From Myxococcota bacterium (GTDB taxonomy: Bacteria; Myxococcota_A; Bradymonadia; UBA4248): 49,649 nt of DNA. The stretch's first letter is position 1; each line of letters starts with the position of its first letter. The stretch spans positions 1 to 49,649 of the forward strand of contig JAZUKH010000083.1 of assembly GCA_045643185.1 (NCBI GenBank), in the 5' to 3' direction. The position numbers and the translations under genes are program-made. The notes below the pieces were generated by a model. It was not told the origin of the DNA. It saw nothing but the letters and a program-made list of their open reading frames with translations, and ran no database searches. Below, one piece after another: positions 9,571 through 19,275 of this stretch.

Positions 9571-11207
9571 TCGTCGTTTCCTGTGATGCGCGTTGAAGTG
9601 TCTTGTAAACGCCAAAGTTCAGCGAGCGTGCCGCTGACGGTAAGAAGATATTTGCCGGTCGCATCGAACGCAAGCGCCGAAACCGGCTGATCCTGGACCG
9701 AACCGATTCGGTCGACGATCTCTCCTGCCCCATTAAACACGAGCGCCCCCCGAACTAATCCCACCGCAAACAACTGCGACGCAGAAGAGATCGACGTAAG
9801 GACCAGTTTTTCGAGCGGCGCCGACAAAAGCTTGTCAGACGGAATATCGACAAAGAGATTCAGCTTGTTCGTCTCCAAAAACATGACGCTTTTATCGTCC
9901 GAAAGGGCGACATGACGCGTGACATTCGGCACCATCACGATGCCATGTTGCGCGTAAACGTTCATAAACGGCGCCGAAACCAGCATTTTTTCGGCATTGA
10001 CGCCCAAAACCGTCGAGCCATCCGTTGTGATGCCGACCCACCGCGGTTCTTCCGGACGCACGTCGTAATAGGTGTACCCCGTCGACGCCGGGTCAACAAC
10101 GTAGCGCCGTTCGGGCGTCAGCACGCGCAAAGTGCCGCTGTACGCGTCAAACGCCATGCCGATCACGTGCTCGACGTCGCGCACGCGTTCCGTCACCGTG
10201 CCACGCCCCGTATCGAGCAACCACACAGACTTGCTCTTCTGATCAGCAAACGCAATAAAACCCTCACGATACGCCACCGCCTGAACACGACCCAGCACCA
10301 CAGGCCAGGCCCCCACGCGCTGACGCGCATCCGTCGCGAGCGAGTCACGCAAAGCCACCGCGATCTCACGATACGCCGAACGATGCTCTTTAGAAATGTA
10401 CTGGTCAAGGTCAAACGCCGCCTCGCTCACGCGGTGCGAAAACAGGTCCATCACCGCTCGATGAAACCACAACTCGCCCTCAGGCACAAAGAACGCACTG
10501 TCAAAAAACGTCAGCTTCGGATCGATCGCCACGCCGTCAAAAAAACGCGCCTGCGCCCGTGCCATGTCGCCATCGCGCACCCACGCCACCACCTGACCAA
10601 AAATGGCATGCGGATTCTTCGGATCCAGCGCGATCGCCTCCTCGTAGATCGCGATCGCCTTGTCAGGATGACCCACGATCATCTCGATCTCCGCCAAATT
10701 GCCAAGAATCGCCGACTCCGCCGACGCATTGGGCGCCTCACACTGCTCGTACGTCGCCGCAGCCTCGGCATATTGCCCCACCTTCGTCTCAAGCGTCGCC
10801 TTAAACAAACACAGATCAAAGTCCTTCGCCCATTTTTCGTCGTCCTTCAGCATCGTCTTGACGAGCCCCAGCGCCTCATCAGGCAAGTCATTGCGATCCA
10901 TCAGCTGCGCACAAATGAACGGAACCTCTTTCAGTTCGGGCGCCACGGCCATCGCATCGCGACAATGCGCCAACGCCGACGCAAACTGCTCTTTTTTGAG
11001 CGCCTCCGTCGACAATTTGATCGACTCGGTCGCCGCTTTCATCCGCTCCGTCTTGTTTTGCGGCTTCGACTTCCCTTGTTTTGCGCTTTCAGCCTTCACA
11101 CTCGCCGATTTCACGGCCGGCTTCGCCAAAACCGCCGTCGGACAAAGACTCGCCACGCAAAAACTCAGGATCAGGCCAAAAATTAGGGTGAATACACGTT
11201 GTGACAT
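9567..11207 (-). CDS. Secreted TPR protein with C-terminal beta-propeller (WD40-like)
   Basis: Signal peptide from MSQRVF; TPR motifs (AIAIYEEAIALDPKNP); C-terminal VSALAFDATGKYLLTVS...LW. The ORF-track extension to 11360 merely runs through a repeat element. Confidence 0.8.
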   Translation of the reverse strand: MSQRVFTLIFGLILSFCVASLCPTAVLAKPAVKSASVKAESAKQGKSKPQNKTERMKAATESIKLSTEALKKEQFASALAHCRDAMAVAPELKEVPFICAQLMDRNDLPDEALGLVKTMLKDDEKWAKDFDLCLFKATLETKVGQYAEAAATYEQCEAPNASAESAILGNLAEIEMIVGHPDKAIAIYEEAIALDPKNPHAIFGQVVAWVRDGDMARAQARFFDGVAIDPKLTFFDSAFFVPEGELWFHRAVMDLFSHRVSEAAFDLDQYISKEHRSAYREIAVALRDSLATDARQRVGAWPVVLGRVQAVAYREGFIAFADQKSKSVWLLDTGRGTVTERVRDVEHVIGMAFDAYSGTLRVLTPERRYVVDPASTGYTYYDVRPEEPRWVGITTDGSTVLGVNAEKMLVSAPFMNVYAQHGIVMVPNVTRHVALSDDKSVMFLETNKLNLFVDIPSDKLLSAPLEKLVLTSISSASQLFAVGLVRGALVFNGAGEIVDRIGSVQDQPVSALAFDATGKYLLTVSGTLAELWRLQDTSTRITGNDE

Positions 11208-11230
11208 AAAAATTAACCTGTTTTGTCTGT

Positions 11231-11351
11231 TTGGGAGGGGGAAGTCTCCCCCTACGCGGCTATTTGGCAATGACGCGGTAGAGACGCCCGTACCGGACGT
11301 CTCCACCGCGTCATTGCCAAATACGCCGCTACCCCTTCGCCTGGCAGGGCC
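11231..11351 (-). repeat. Family-1 element, copy B, with nested REP at 11278-11306
   Basis: Reverse complement matches the copy A/C/D flanks; lies 10 bp after the acyl-CoA dehydrogenase stop. Confidence 0.92.
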
Positions 11352-11361
11352 AACAACCACG

Positions 11362-12510
11362 TTACATCAATTTAGTCAGGTTCTTTTGCAGGGCCTCGTT
11401 GGTGCCTCCACCGATCGACAGCAAGATCGCGTCGCGGTGCAGACGCTCCACCGGGTAAGCCTGGCTGTACCCGTTCGCCCCAAGCACCTGAATGGCGTTG
11501 CGGCTCACAACTTCGCCCATCTCGGCACACATCAGCTTGACCGCGTCGGCATCCATCGACGCCGTCGGCACTTCGTCCAACAAGTCTTCCAACACGTTGT
11601 ACAAAAAACACCGACATGCGCGATACTGAGCATAAGATTCAGCAACAAGTTTCTGAATCTGTCCAAAATTCGATATTGGCTTGCCAAATGCGTATCGCTC
11701 GCGCATGTATTTTTTCATGATGTCAAGGCAGGTCTTGGCTAGCCCGCACGACTGGGCGGCCAGTCCAAGACGCTCAATGGCGAGGTTGCGAAGCATGGGA
11801 CGAAGCCCCTCGTGAAGTTTACCGACGAGCGCGTCGGCAGGCAGATGGCAATGGTCAAAGTGCAGCGCACCCGTCGGGCTTGAACGCATACCGAGCTTGT
11901 GTTCCGCTTCGCCGCGGCTAAAGCCATCGACATGGCTTTCAACCAAAAACAGGCTCAAGTCACGACGCTCTTCACCTGTACGTGCATAAACGAGAAACGC
12001 GTCGCCAACGGGCGCGTTCGTGATCCACATTTTTGAGCCATTCAGCTCAAACGAGCCATCGTCCAGCTGCGTCGCCGTCGTCGTCATGCCAAGCACGTCG
12101 GTACCGGCATTCGGCTCAGTCATGCCCATGCCCGCGATCGGACGAGTTTTAAGGATCTCCGCGTGTCGCGCGGGTATGGGCGACTGACTCGCGTGCCACG
12201 TGCGATAGAGTTGGTGCGTAAAAAGCAGTTCCTGGGCGAGGTAACTCATGGCAAAGGCCGGATCAACCTCACTCAGTGCCTCAATGACCATGACGGTCGC
12301 GGCTTCGTCCAGGTCGGCACCATTCAATGATTCGGGCAACGTCATGCCCGTGATGCCCAACTCGGTCGACAGACGCGCAAACAGCGACCGGTCAAATGTT
12401 TCCGTCTGGTCGCGTTCCGTCGCCTGGGGCGCCAAATACGCGTTGGCCCAGTCACGCACGGTGGCCTGCAACGTCACATGGATTTCTGACCGATCAAAAC
12501 GAGAAGACAT
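11362..12510 (-). CDS. Acyl-CoA dehydrogenase (isovaleryl-CoA dehydrogenase-like)
   Basis: GMTEPNAGTD, LNGSKMWITN, KLGMRSSPT, ERLGLA, R.AFGKPI..F, IQVLGANGY, RDA.L.SIGGGT.E motifs. Confidence 0.92.
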   Translation of the reverse strand: MSSRFDRSEIHVTLQATVRDWANAYLAPQATERDQTETFDRSLFARLSTELGITGMTLPESLNGADLDEAATVMVIEALSEVDPAFAMSYLAQELLFTHQLYRTWHASQSPIPARHAEILKTRPIAGMGMTEPNAGTDVLGMTTTATQLDDGSFELNGSKMWITNAPVGDAFLVYARTGEERRDLSLFLVESHVDGFSRGEAEHKLGMRSSPTGALHFDHCHLPADALVGKLHEGLRPMLRNLAIERLGLAAQSCGLAKTCLDIMKKYMRERYAFGKPISNFGQIQKLVAESYAQYRACRCFLYNVLEDLLDEVPTASMDADAVKLMCAEMGEVVSRNAIQVLGANGYSQAYPVERLHRDAILLSIGGGTNEALQKNLTKLM

Positions 12511-13285
12511 TGAGTTCTCCTTTGTTGACGCGTTGATATTGCGCCGTCACCGTCGGTGCAAAAGCCGACAGCGATGACTGTGAAAAACTCGGCTGCGGTG
12601 ACAACTCGAGCGTATTTTCATCAACTTGTTTGAGGTCGAGCGCCACATCCAAGTCGCTTTTAGAAACGATGTGGATGCCCTCTTCCGCGATCTTGCCACT
12701 CGCCGCGATCACGAACGCCGGCTCGACCGAGCGAATCGTCACCGTCAAAGCGTCGTCCATGCGATAGATCTCGAGCGACTGACCGCCCGACGCACGAAAA
12801 TAACCCTGAAATCCGTTCGACGTCTCGACCAGAACTGCGCGGTTGACCTGTTCCAGGATCTTCTCAGCGCGCATCTGCGTGGCCTTGGCAAAAGCCTCGT
12901 GAATATCGACGCCATTTTTGACGAGCGTGTTCATGTCAACACCACGTCCCTGCGATTCCCACTGCGTTTGCGCTGCTTTAAGCTGTTCAAACGCGTCGGC
13001 AGGCAAGATCGACTTGGCATACTGCATGGCATCCGTGACGGCCTTGCTCGCCTCGTTGCCTTGCTCCACGCGGTCGAGTATCTCCGTCCGGTCTTCATGC
13101 TGTTGCGCGACTTCCTCGTCCGTGAGCTCATGCTCACCGGTCACGACCATGGCCACTTTTTCCTCGCGATCCATCTGGTCGACCGGCTTTTGCGTTTTGC
13201 AGCCAAAACTCACAAAACACATAAATAAGGTTGTAGTCACAAACAAGATTCGCTTAATTTCGCATTTAGCCGAAGTTATTTTCAT
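12494..13285 (-). CDS. Hypothetical lipoprotein
   Basis: Start MKITSAK with upstream GGAG; lipobox SFG-C; stop overlaps the start region of the dehydrogenase. Confidence 0.75.
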   Translation of the reverse strand: MKITSAKCEIKRILFVTTTLFMCFVSFGCKTQKPVDQMDREEKVAMVVTGEHELTDEEVAQQHEDRTEILDRVEQGNEASKAVTDAMQYAKSILPADAFEQLKAAQTQWESQGRGVDMNTLVKNGVDIHEAFAKATQMRAEKILEQVNRAVLVETSNGFQGYFRASGGQSLEIYRMDDALTVTIRSVEPAFVIAASGKIAEEGIHIVSKSDLDVALDLKQVDENTLELSPQPSFSQSSLSAFAPTVTAQYQRVNKGELNVFSF

Positions 13286-13385
13286 AAAACCTGTTATTCT
13301 CCAAAGTTTACGTTTAACGACCAGCGTCAAAGCGCGGCCATGCCGCGCCTGGTCAGAACGCCTGTCTGAGCGACAACACATGGAC

Positions 13386-13415
13386 AAAAAAACGCGGCAA
13401 CCTGAAGTTACCGCG
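13386..13415 (-). terminator. Intrinsic terminator
   Basis: Minus strand CGCGGTAAC-TTCAG-GTTGCCGCG followed by T7. Confidence 0.6.
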
Positions 13416-13459
13416 CTTTGATGAAAACGTATGTGAAAACGCGCCATAGCACGTTTTTG

Positions 13460-13580
13460 GGCCCCGCCAGGCGAAGGGGTAGCGGCGTATTTGGCAAAGA
13501 CGCGGTGGAGACGTCCGGTCCGGGCGTCTCCACCGCATCATTGCCAAATAGCCGCGTAGGGGGAGACTTCCCCCTCCCAA
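13460..13580 (+). repeat. Family-1 element, copy C, with nested REP at 13505-13533
   Basis: Near-identical to copy B in the opposite orientation; 11 bp from the phosphatase stop. Confidence 0.92.
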
Positions 13581-13591
13581 AACATCAGCAT

Positions 13592-15445
13592 TTATTTTTT
13601 CCAGAACGGCGGCGCATTGAGCTGTCTGGTTGCATCTTCATCGTCATCATCGGATTCCCGGTAGACGTTCTGGCAGATCTCGATGGAATCGTCATCGTCT
13701 TCGTAATAATCCTTGGGCGTCGAAGCGACATTCTTAGGCGGAATATAGGTGCCAGGCCCAACAGGCGCGGAAGTTTTGACCTCAGTCGCCTCGAAAACGG
13801 CATCCTCGGAAGGCACATAACCGGGAACACTGGCCGGCTTAGGCGCAGCAACAGGCGCGGGCGCGACGACAGGTGCGGGCGCAACCCCAAGCGTGAAGTG
13901 TGAACCATGGTCAACGGCTGGATCAGACGCCTCAAGGCGTTTCACAGCCGGCAGAGCGACGGCCGTATCCGTATGAGCCTGAATGAATTCTTCAGACAGA
14001 ACGCTTTCGATCTGGGTCTTTTCGGAGCCGTCACCGCCATTCTGAGCGGCAGTCGGCGGCGCAGTGAGCAACAAGGCGGCGTTAGGACGCTCGAGCTCAT
14101 CGGCGGCGCTGTCAGCGATCTTACGCGGCGACTCGACCGCAGCGGGATTTGCTGTCGGCGCGCCAGCAGGCAGAATGCCGATCTCGCGCAAAATGTCGTT
14201 ACGATCCTGAATGCAGGTCTCGCACGACGAATCCTCGTCTTCGTAATCATCGGCCGAGGTCACCAACGGCTTTTCAGCTTCAACAGGCACGGCTTCGTTT
14301 GTCGGACGAGTTTTTGCCATGCCGGGAATAGCCGGCATCGGCGGGCGTGCGACAGGCGGCTTTGGCATGGCGCGTTTGGGCGTGACGGGCGAAACCTCAG
14401 TGATGATGTATTCACGGACGGAATGCATGCGAACGGGAGCCGGGGCCATGGCCGGAATGGGCACACCGGGTGCGGCGGGCATTCCGTTGGGACGAGCCAT
14501 CGCCATGGGCGGCATGCCGGGGCGCGAAGCCTTGGACATCGGCGTCGGCGCAGCGACAGGCATAGGCACCGCGACGGGGACGGGACGCAAAGCGCCGTCA
14601 CTCACAGAGGCGGGCGCATTCGGTGCCTTGACCGGCGCCATCGTCTGACTTGCCAGACGCGGAGCCACCGTGTTGTCTTCCTGTTCGATGCCGACCGTCA
14701 CCACGGTCACGTTATCCTTGCCACCAGCTTTGAGGGCAAGACCGATCAGCGTGTTGCACGCTTCCTGAAGATTGGGCGCAGAACTGACGGTCTGAGCGAT
14801 CTGAGCGTCGGTCACGAGGTCACTCAAACCGTCAGAGCACATGAGATAGACATCGCCCTGTTCGCGTTTGACTTCCTTCACATCGACTTCAACGCTGTCT
14901 TTCAGACCGATGGCGCGCAAAATGACGTTTTTGTTTGCGAAAGCCGGCACGTCTTCCGGTTTTAACTCACCTGTATCCAACAAATGATTCATGAGCGAGT
15001 GATCTCGGCTCATCTGCTGGATCTCGCCTTTTCGAATGCGATAGATTCGGGAGTCGCCGACATGGGCGAGTATGAAGCCGTGCGGTGCATTGAAGATCGC
15101 GGTGACGGTCGTCCCCATGCCTTCCATCGAACGGTCTTTGCATGACTGAATATAGACGCGTTCATTGGCGTACTTGATGGCATTGACCAACAAGTTGGCT
15201 TCGTAAGACAGCTTTGGATTAGCCGGATACATGAATTCGAAGCCTGGTTGATGGGCTTTTTCGCAGATGAACTGCGAGACATGCTGGACGCAAAGCGTCG
15301 AAGCGACCTGTCCGGACGAGTGCCCACCCATGCCATCGGCCAGGACATAAAGTCCCTGACTTGGAACCATGATGAAGTTATCTTCGTTTCTTGTGCGTTT
15401 GAGCCCAACGTCTGTTTTGGCTGCCCACACGAGCCTCGTTGCCAT
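13592..15445 (-). CDS. PP2C/PPM-family Ser/Thr phosphatase with long Pro/Ala-rich C-terminal tail
   Basis: TDVG..R..NED, ADGMGGH, GMGTT, HVGDSR, CSDGL, GG.DNVT motifs in the first ~250 aa. Confidence 0.93.
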   Translation of the reverse strand: MATRLVWAAKTDVGLKRTRNEDNFIMVPSQGLYVLADGMGGHSSGQVASTLCVQHVSQFICEKAHQPGFEFMYPANPKLSYEANLLVNAIKYANERVYIQSCKDRSMEGMGTTVTAIFNAPHGFILAHVGDSRIYRIRKGEIQQMSRDHSLMNHLLDTGELKPEDVPAFANKNVILRAIGLKDSVEVDVKEVKREQGDVYLMCSDGLSDLVTDAQIAQTVSSAPNLQEACNTLIGLALKAGGKDNVTVVTVGIEQEDNTVAPRLASQTMAPVKAPNAPASVSDGALRPVPVAVPMPVAAPTPMSKASRPGMPPMAMARPNGMPAAPGVPIPAMAPAPVRMHSVREYIITEVSPVTPKRAMPKPPVARPPMPAIPGMAKTRPTNEAVPVEAEKPLVTSADDYEDEDSSCETCIQDRNDILREIGILPAGAPTANPAAVESPRKIADSAADELERPNAALLLTAPPTAAQNGGDGSEKTQIESVLSEEFIQAHTDTAVALPAVKRLEASDPAVDHGSHFTLGVAPAPVVAPAPVAAPKPASVPGYVPSEDAVFEATEVKTSAPVGPGTYIPPKNVASTPKDYYEDDDDSIEICQNVYRESDDDDEDATRQLNAPPFWKK

Positions 15446-15522
15446 TGCTTTCCTCTATAGTTTTTGCACCGAAATTGTGCGGTGATACTTACTAAGTTTT
15501 CTTTTTTGATGTTGGGATGTTT

Positions 15523-15942
15523 CTAGTTCGGCAAGGATACTTCGATCGTATATTCCGACTGAAAAGAATCGCAACTGATTTCGAGGTAATAATGCCCTGG
15601 CATAGCCCTGAATTCCTGAATATTCCTCGCGCCTGGCTGGAATCGGAGGTCATACATTTCCTCACCGGTCGCTTTTCGGATGATAATGCGCCCGCCAGCA
15701 GTCGGTTCATCGAAGGCGAACGCGACGGCGACTTCCGCTTCAGATGGCACGGAGAAGTATTTCCAGTCCGTTTTATCGCCATCGATGCACGTCACATGGT
15801 CGAGGACAAGATCATTAATGTTGATCTCGATCGCGCCAATACGATCCTGATCCGTGCTCGATTTTGATTCCGGGCCAAGGGAGCACCCCTGCGTCAAGGC
15901 CAGGATCCCCGCAAGCGCAAGACCTAATCCGTATCGTTTCAT
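15523..15942 (-). CDS. Small lipoprotein, PPC-like beta-sandwich (tentative)
   Basis: RBS AAGGAG; lipobox TQG-C; DGDKTDWKYF and PGHYYLEI patterns. Confidence 0.75.
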   Translation of the reverse strand: MKRYGLGLALAGILALTQGCSLGPESKSSTDQDRIGAIEININDLVLDHVTCIDGDKTDWKYFSVPSEAEVAVAFAFDEPTAGGRIIIRKATGEEMYDLRFQPGARNIQEFRAMPGHYYLEISCDSFQSEYTIEVSLPN

Positions 15943-16093
15943 ACTATCTCCTTCTTTGGCTTCCGTTGTCGTTGGTTGAGACAATGCCTAAACATAACCA
16001 TTTTGATATTATACGCTTTTCGAACCAATCCGGTCAAGGCATGTCGAATCGACTTCACACCAACTTCTAAACCGCTTTATCCTCAAAAATTCT

Positions 16094-16122
16094 TTGACAT
16101 CACTATTCTTGTGTGTTAAAAC
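16094..16122 (+). promoter_or_regulatory. Putative sigma70 promoter of rpsT
   Basis: TTGACA-17 nt-TAAAAC with a TG extension; the -10 is imperfect. Confidence 0.4.
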
Positions 16123-16235
16123 TCGCGCCCGTTATTGGCACCCGCATTTTTAGCGGACGCTTTCTTACATCTGTCGTTTCTTTATTGACGGGACATTCCA
16201 TCGCCCCGAACTTTTACTTTTTGAGGAGATTCAAA

Positions 16236-16496
16236 GTGGCGCACCATAAATCAGCCATTAAACGTATTCGTCAGACGGCCGTCAAAACCGAACGCAATCG
16301 CGCTGGCCGTACCAAAATTAAAAACACCGTTCGCGCTTTCCGTGAAGCTTGTGCCGATGGTTCAAATACCGCCGAACAGCTCTCAAACGCCATCGCGAAT
16401 ATCGCTAAAGCCGGTTCCAAAGGCATCATCCCTGCCAAACGCGCTGCCCGCAAAATTAGCCGCATCGCTAAACTCGCTAATCGCTCCAATGGCTAA
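16236..16496 (+). CDS. rpsT: 30S ribosomal protein S20
   Basis: GTG start after GAGGAG; AHHKSAIKRIRQ...RNR...KGII...AARKISR signature. Confidence 0.96.
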   Translation: MAHHKSAIKRIRQTAVKTERNRAGRTKIKNTVRAFREACADGSNTAEQLSNAIANIAKAGSKGIIPAKRAARKISRIAKLANRSNG

Positions 16497-16545
16497 TCCA
16501 TTCCGGAGCCAGGATGCTCGGTCAATCGACCGCATCTAGCCTTCT

Positions 16546-16579
16546 AAGACAACAGGCACCGCCTGTTGTCTTTTTTTTT
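16546..16579 (+). terminator. rpsT terminator
   Basis: AAGACAACAGGC-ACC-GCCTGTTGTCTT followed by a T run. Confidence 0.85.
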
Positions 16580-16608
16580 ATCTGCGATACCTCTCAAACG
16601 GAGTGATC

Positions 16609-17370
16609 ATGACCGACTTCCTACACCATTTGTTCGCAAAAACAGCCCCACTCCTCTGCACTTGCCTCGTCGCAGGCTCCGCCTTCGCAGGCACCGTTGA
16701 CGACACAAAATATTCAAGTAACCTCGGTTACGCTTTCACACCCCCTAAAGACTGGATCCGTCTAGACGCTTCCACGGCAAAAGGTATCGATTTCATCCCA
16801 AATAATCTCGTCAATACAAACTTCTCACGCTTCGACGTCGTCTATTTCAAAGGTCCTGATGGCGCAAAACCGTTGACTCTGCAAGACGATAAAGCTCGCG
16901 CTGACGCCCGAAAAGAAGCAATCCAAAATGGCGAACGACCGGCACCAGGTACCCCAGAAGCCGATGAGTTCGAAAAAAATGAACAAAAAGAACTCAACGC
17001 CAAAAAGCCAAAAAAACTTGACTTCGCGCCCAGCCTCTCCGTTATGGTCATCGACAATCTTCCTACCAAGACCTCCACGGAACTCGCCAAAACTTATGCC
17101 AATACCATAACGAACAGCATTAAGTCCGCCTTCCAATTCAAAACACAGAATTTCCGAATCACAAAATCCACGTCCGACCGCATCAACTATATGGACGCGT
17201 TCCTCTTCAGAATGGAATATCGCTACAACAATCGGGATATCACAGTCGATCAGACCGTCTTCATCAAACACAGAAAGACCGTCATCGTCACCTGTATGGC
17301 AAGCGACAAGGATTATTTGGATGGCGACTGGTGCACCCAGATCTCAAAAACATTCGAGATCGATGATTAA
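16609..17370 (+). CDS. Secreted hypothetical protein, PsbP/DcrB-like fold (tentative)
   Basis: GGAG RBS; signal peptide ending AFA; GYAFTPPKDW and a C-terminal beta-strand/helix pattern reminiscent of PsbP-like proteins. Confidence 0.7.
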   Translation: MTDFLHHLFAKTAPLLCTCLVAGSAFAGTVDDTKYSSNLGYAFTPPKDWIRLDASTAKGIDFIPNNLVNTNFSRFDVVYFKGPDGAKPLTLQDDKARADARKEAIQNGERPAPGTPEADEFEKNEQKELNAKKPKKLDFAPSLSVMVIDNLPTKTSTELAKTYANTITNSIKSAFQFKTQNFRITKSTSDRINYMDAFLFRMEYRYNNRDITVDQTVFIKHRKTVIVTCMASDKDYLDGDWCTQISKTFEIDD

Positions 17371-17437
17371 CCAGGACGGGGCCGAGCGCCTTTCATGATC
17401 ACGATCAGGCAGACGACCACACCACCTTATGAACATT

Positions 17438-17469
17438 AAAAAAGCTCCCCAAAAAGGGGAGCTTTTTTT
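17438..17469. terminator. Bidirectional terminator
   Basis: AAAAAAGCTCCCC-AAAAA-GGGGAGCTTTTTTT between convergent genes. Confidence 0.85.
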
Positions 17470-17560
17470 GTGCCTCCAACCAAGACACACGCTCGTGCAT
17501 CAGCCTAACTTGACTGACAAGGAACGCGTCAACCAAGCTGGCTGCAAGGTCCAAAATGTT

Positions 17561-18973
17561 CTAGTGATGACGATCTTTGTCCGCCATCGTTGAACGCACG
17601 ACTTCGGGCGTCGTAAAGCTGTCGATCTCGGCTTCCGTGACCCACCCCGTCTGCAACAATTTTTCGCGGATCGTCACGCCTTCAGCCATCGCATCGATGC
17701 CGAGCTGACACGCGCGGTCATAGCCCACACGCTTGACCATCGCCGTGATCAACGCGGTCGAAGACGCCACGCCCGCACGGCACTTGTCAACGTTCGCCAC
17801 GATACCGTTGATGCACTTCGTCGCCATCATCATGCACGCTTCCTGAAGCATCACAAAGCCGTTCAGCAAACAATCCCCGATCAGCGGCAAAAACGCGTTG
17901 AGTTCAAGGTTGCCCTGGCTGATCGCGTACGAAATCGTCGTGTCGTGCCCAATGATCAACATACAAGTCTGGATCATGGATTCCGTGATGACCGGATTCA
18001 CTTTGCCCGGCATGATCGACGACCCTGCCTGGCGCGCCGGCAACGAGATCTCGCCAATGCCCGCCGTCGGCCCCGACGACATAAAGCGAAGATCCGTCGA
18101 GATCTTCACCAACGACGTCGCACAGGCTTTCAAAATGCCACTCACATACGAGAAATCATCAAGGTTCTGCGTGCCATCGATCAGGTCAGCCGCCTGAACA
18201 AGCGGCATATCCGTGATCTGCGCCAACGTGTCGACGACGTTTTCGACATACTCGTGCGAAGCACTCACACACGTGCCGATCGCCGTGCCGCCCAAGTTGA
18301 CCGTTCTCAACGCCTCACGCGCACGCGTCATGCGCACAAAGTCGCGGTTCAACGCCTCTGCATAAGCCTTGAATTCAAACCCAAGCGTCGTCAAAACGGC
18401 ATCCTGGAACTGCGTGCGGCCAACTTTCACGACATCCTCAAGACGAGCCCCCGTCTGGCGAAGCGTCAATTCCAGGGTCTTGAGCGCCGGCATGAAGTTC
18501 TCAATGCAACGCGACAACGCCACACGAAACGCCGTCGGACAAACGTCGTTCGTCGACTGCATCAGGTTGATGTCGTCAAGCGGCGAAATGTGCGCATAAT
18601 TGCCCAGCGGTTCACCCAGGATCTGCAACGCACGGTTCGCAATGACTTCGTTCACGTTCATGTTCAACGACGTGCCCGCGCCGCCCTGAAGCGCATCCAC
18701 GACCACGTATTCATCCAGTTTGCCCGACGCCATCTCGGTACACGCAGCCACGATCGCATCGGCCTTGGCCGGATCATCCTTCCAGCGACCCAACGAGATC
18801 GACGTTTTCGCGCACGCAAGCTTCACATCACCCATGGCGTGAATCCAGCTCGAATGGACGCGACGCCCCGACACCTTAAAATTGTCAAGGCTACGCGCCG
18901 TGTGAACGCCCCAAAGCGCATCCGCAGGCACTTTCAGTTCGCCAATAAGGTCATGTTCTGTGCGAAATTCCAT
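17561..18973 (-). CDS. aspA: Aspartate ammonia-lyase (fumarase/aspartase superfamily)
   Basis: R.EHDLIG, QGGAGTS.NMN.NEV, QSTND, GRTQ.QDA, GSSIMPGKVNP signature. Confidence 0.9.
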   Translation of the reverse strand: MEFRTEHDLIGELKVPADALWGVHTARSLDNFKVSGRRVHSSWIHAMGDVKLACAKTSISLGRWKDDPAKADAIVAACTEMASGKLDEYVVVDALQGGAGTSLNMNVNEVIANRALQILGEPLGNYAHISPLDDINLMQSTNDVCPTAFRVALSRCIENFMPALKTLELTLRQTGARLEDVVKVGRTQFQDAVLTTLGFEFKAYAEALNRDFVRMTRAREALRTVNLGGTAIGTCVSASHEYVENVVDTLAQITDMPLVQAADLIDGTQNLDDFSYVSGILKACATSLVKISTDLRFMSSGPTAGIGEISLPARQAGSSIMPGKVNPVITESMIQTCMLIIGHDTTISYAISQGNLELNAFLPLIGDCLLNGFVMLQEACMMMATKCINGIVANVDKCRAGVASSTALITAMVKRVGYDRACQLGIDAMAEGVTIREKLLQTGWVTEAEIDSFTTPEVVRSTMADKDRHH

Positions 18974-19103
18974 GTTATTGCTCCAATTCTTTGATGGTTA
19001 CTCGTGATTGACCGTTTTATCGGTCACATATTCCGATAAAACAAGGCGCGTATTTTAACTATTCCAGACGTTTTTTTGCTATCTTATTATGCAATTTTTT
19101 ATG

Positions 19104-19242
19104 GGGCTGGCGATTGCATTCGCCAGCCCGCGCGGCTATGGCAAAAAAAGCACGCTTCGCGCCTTTTTTGCCATACGCCGCGCCTTGATCTGGGGCCGGC
19201 TATTGCATACGCCGTCCCGCGCGGCTATGGCATACGCCGCGC
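19104..19242 (-). repeat. Cluster of four abutting hairpins, three of bulged-G type
   Basis: Hairpins at 19104-19129, 19130-19183, 19193-19218 and 19219-19242; the minus strand reads CGGC-G-TAT...ATA-GCCG in the last three. Confidence 0.85.
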
Positions 19243-19275
19243 ACTCACACACCAACTTGGATGAAGGAAAACAGA

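Noticed and set aside
11208-13903. Shared peptide GPARRRGSGVFG...GGDFPLP in ORFs 9567..11360 and 13418..13903 (and GGGSLPLRGY ORFs)
   Set aside because: These are translations of the family-1 repeat, with no independent coding evidence.
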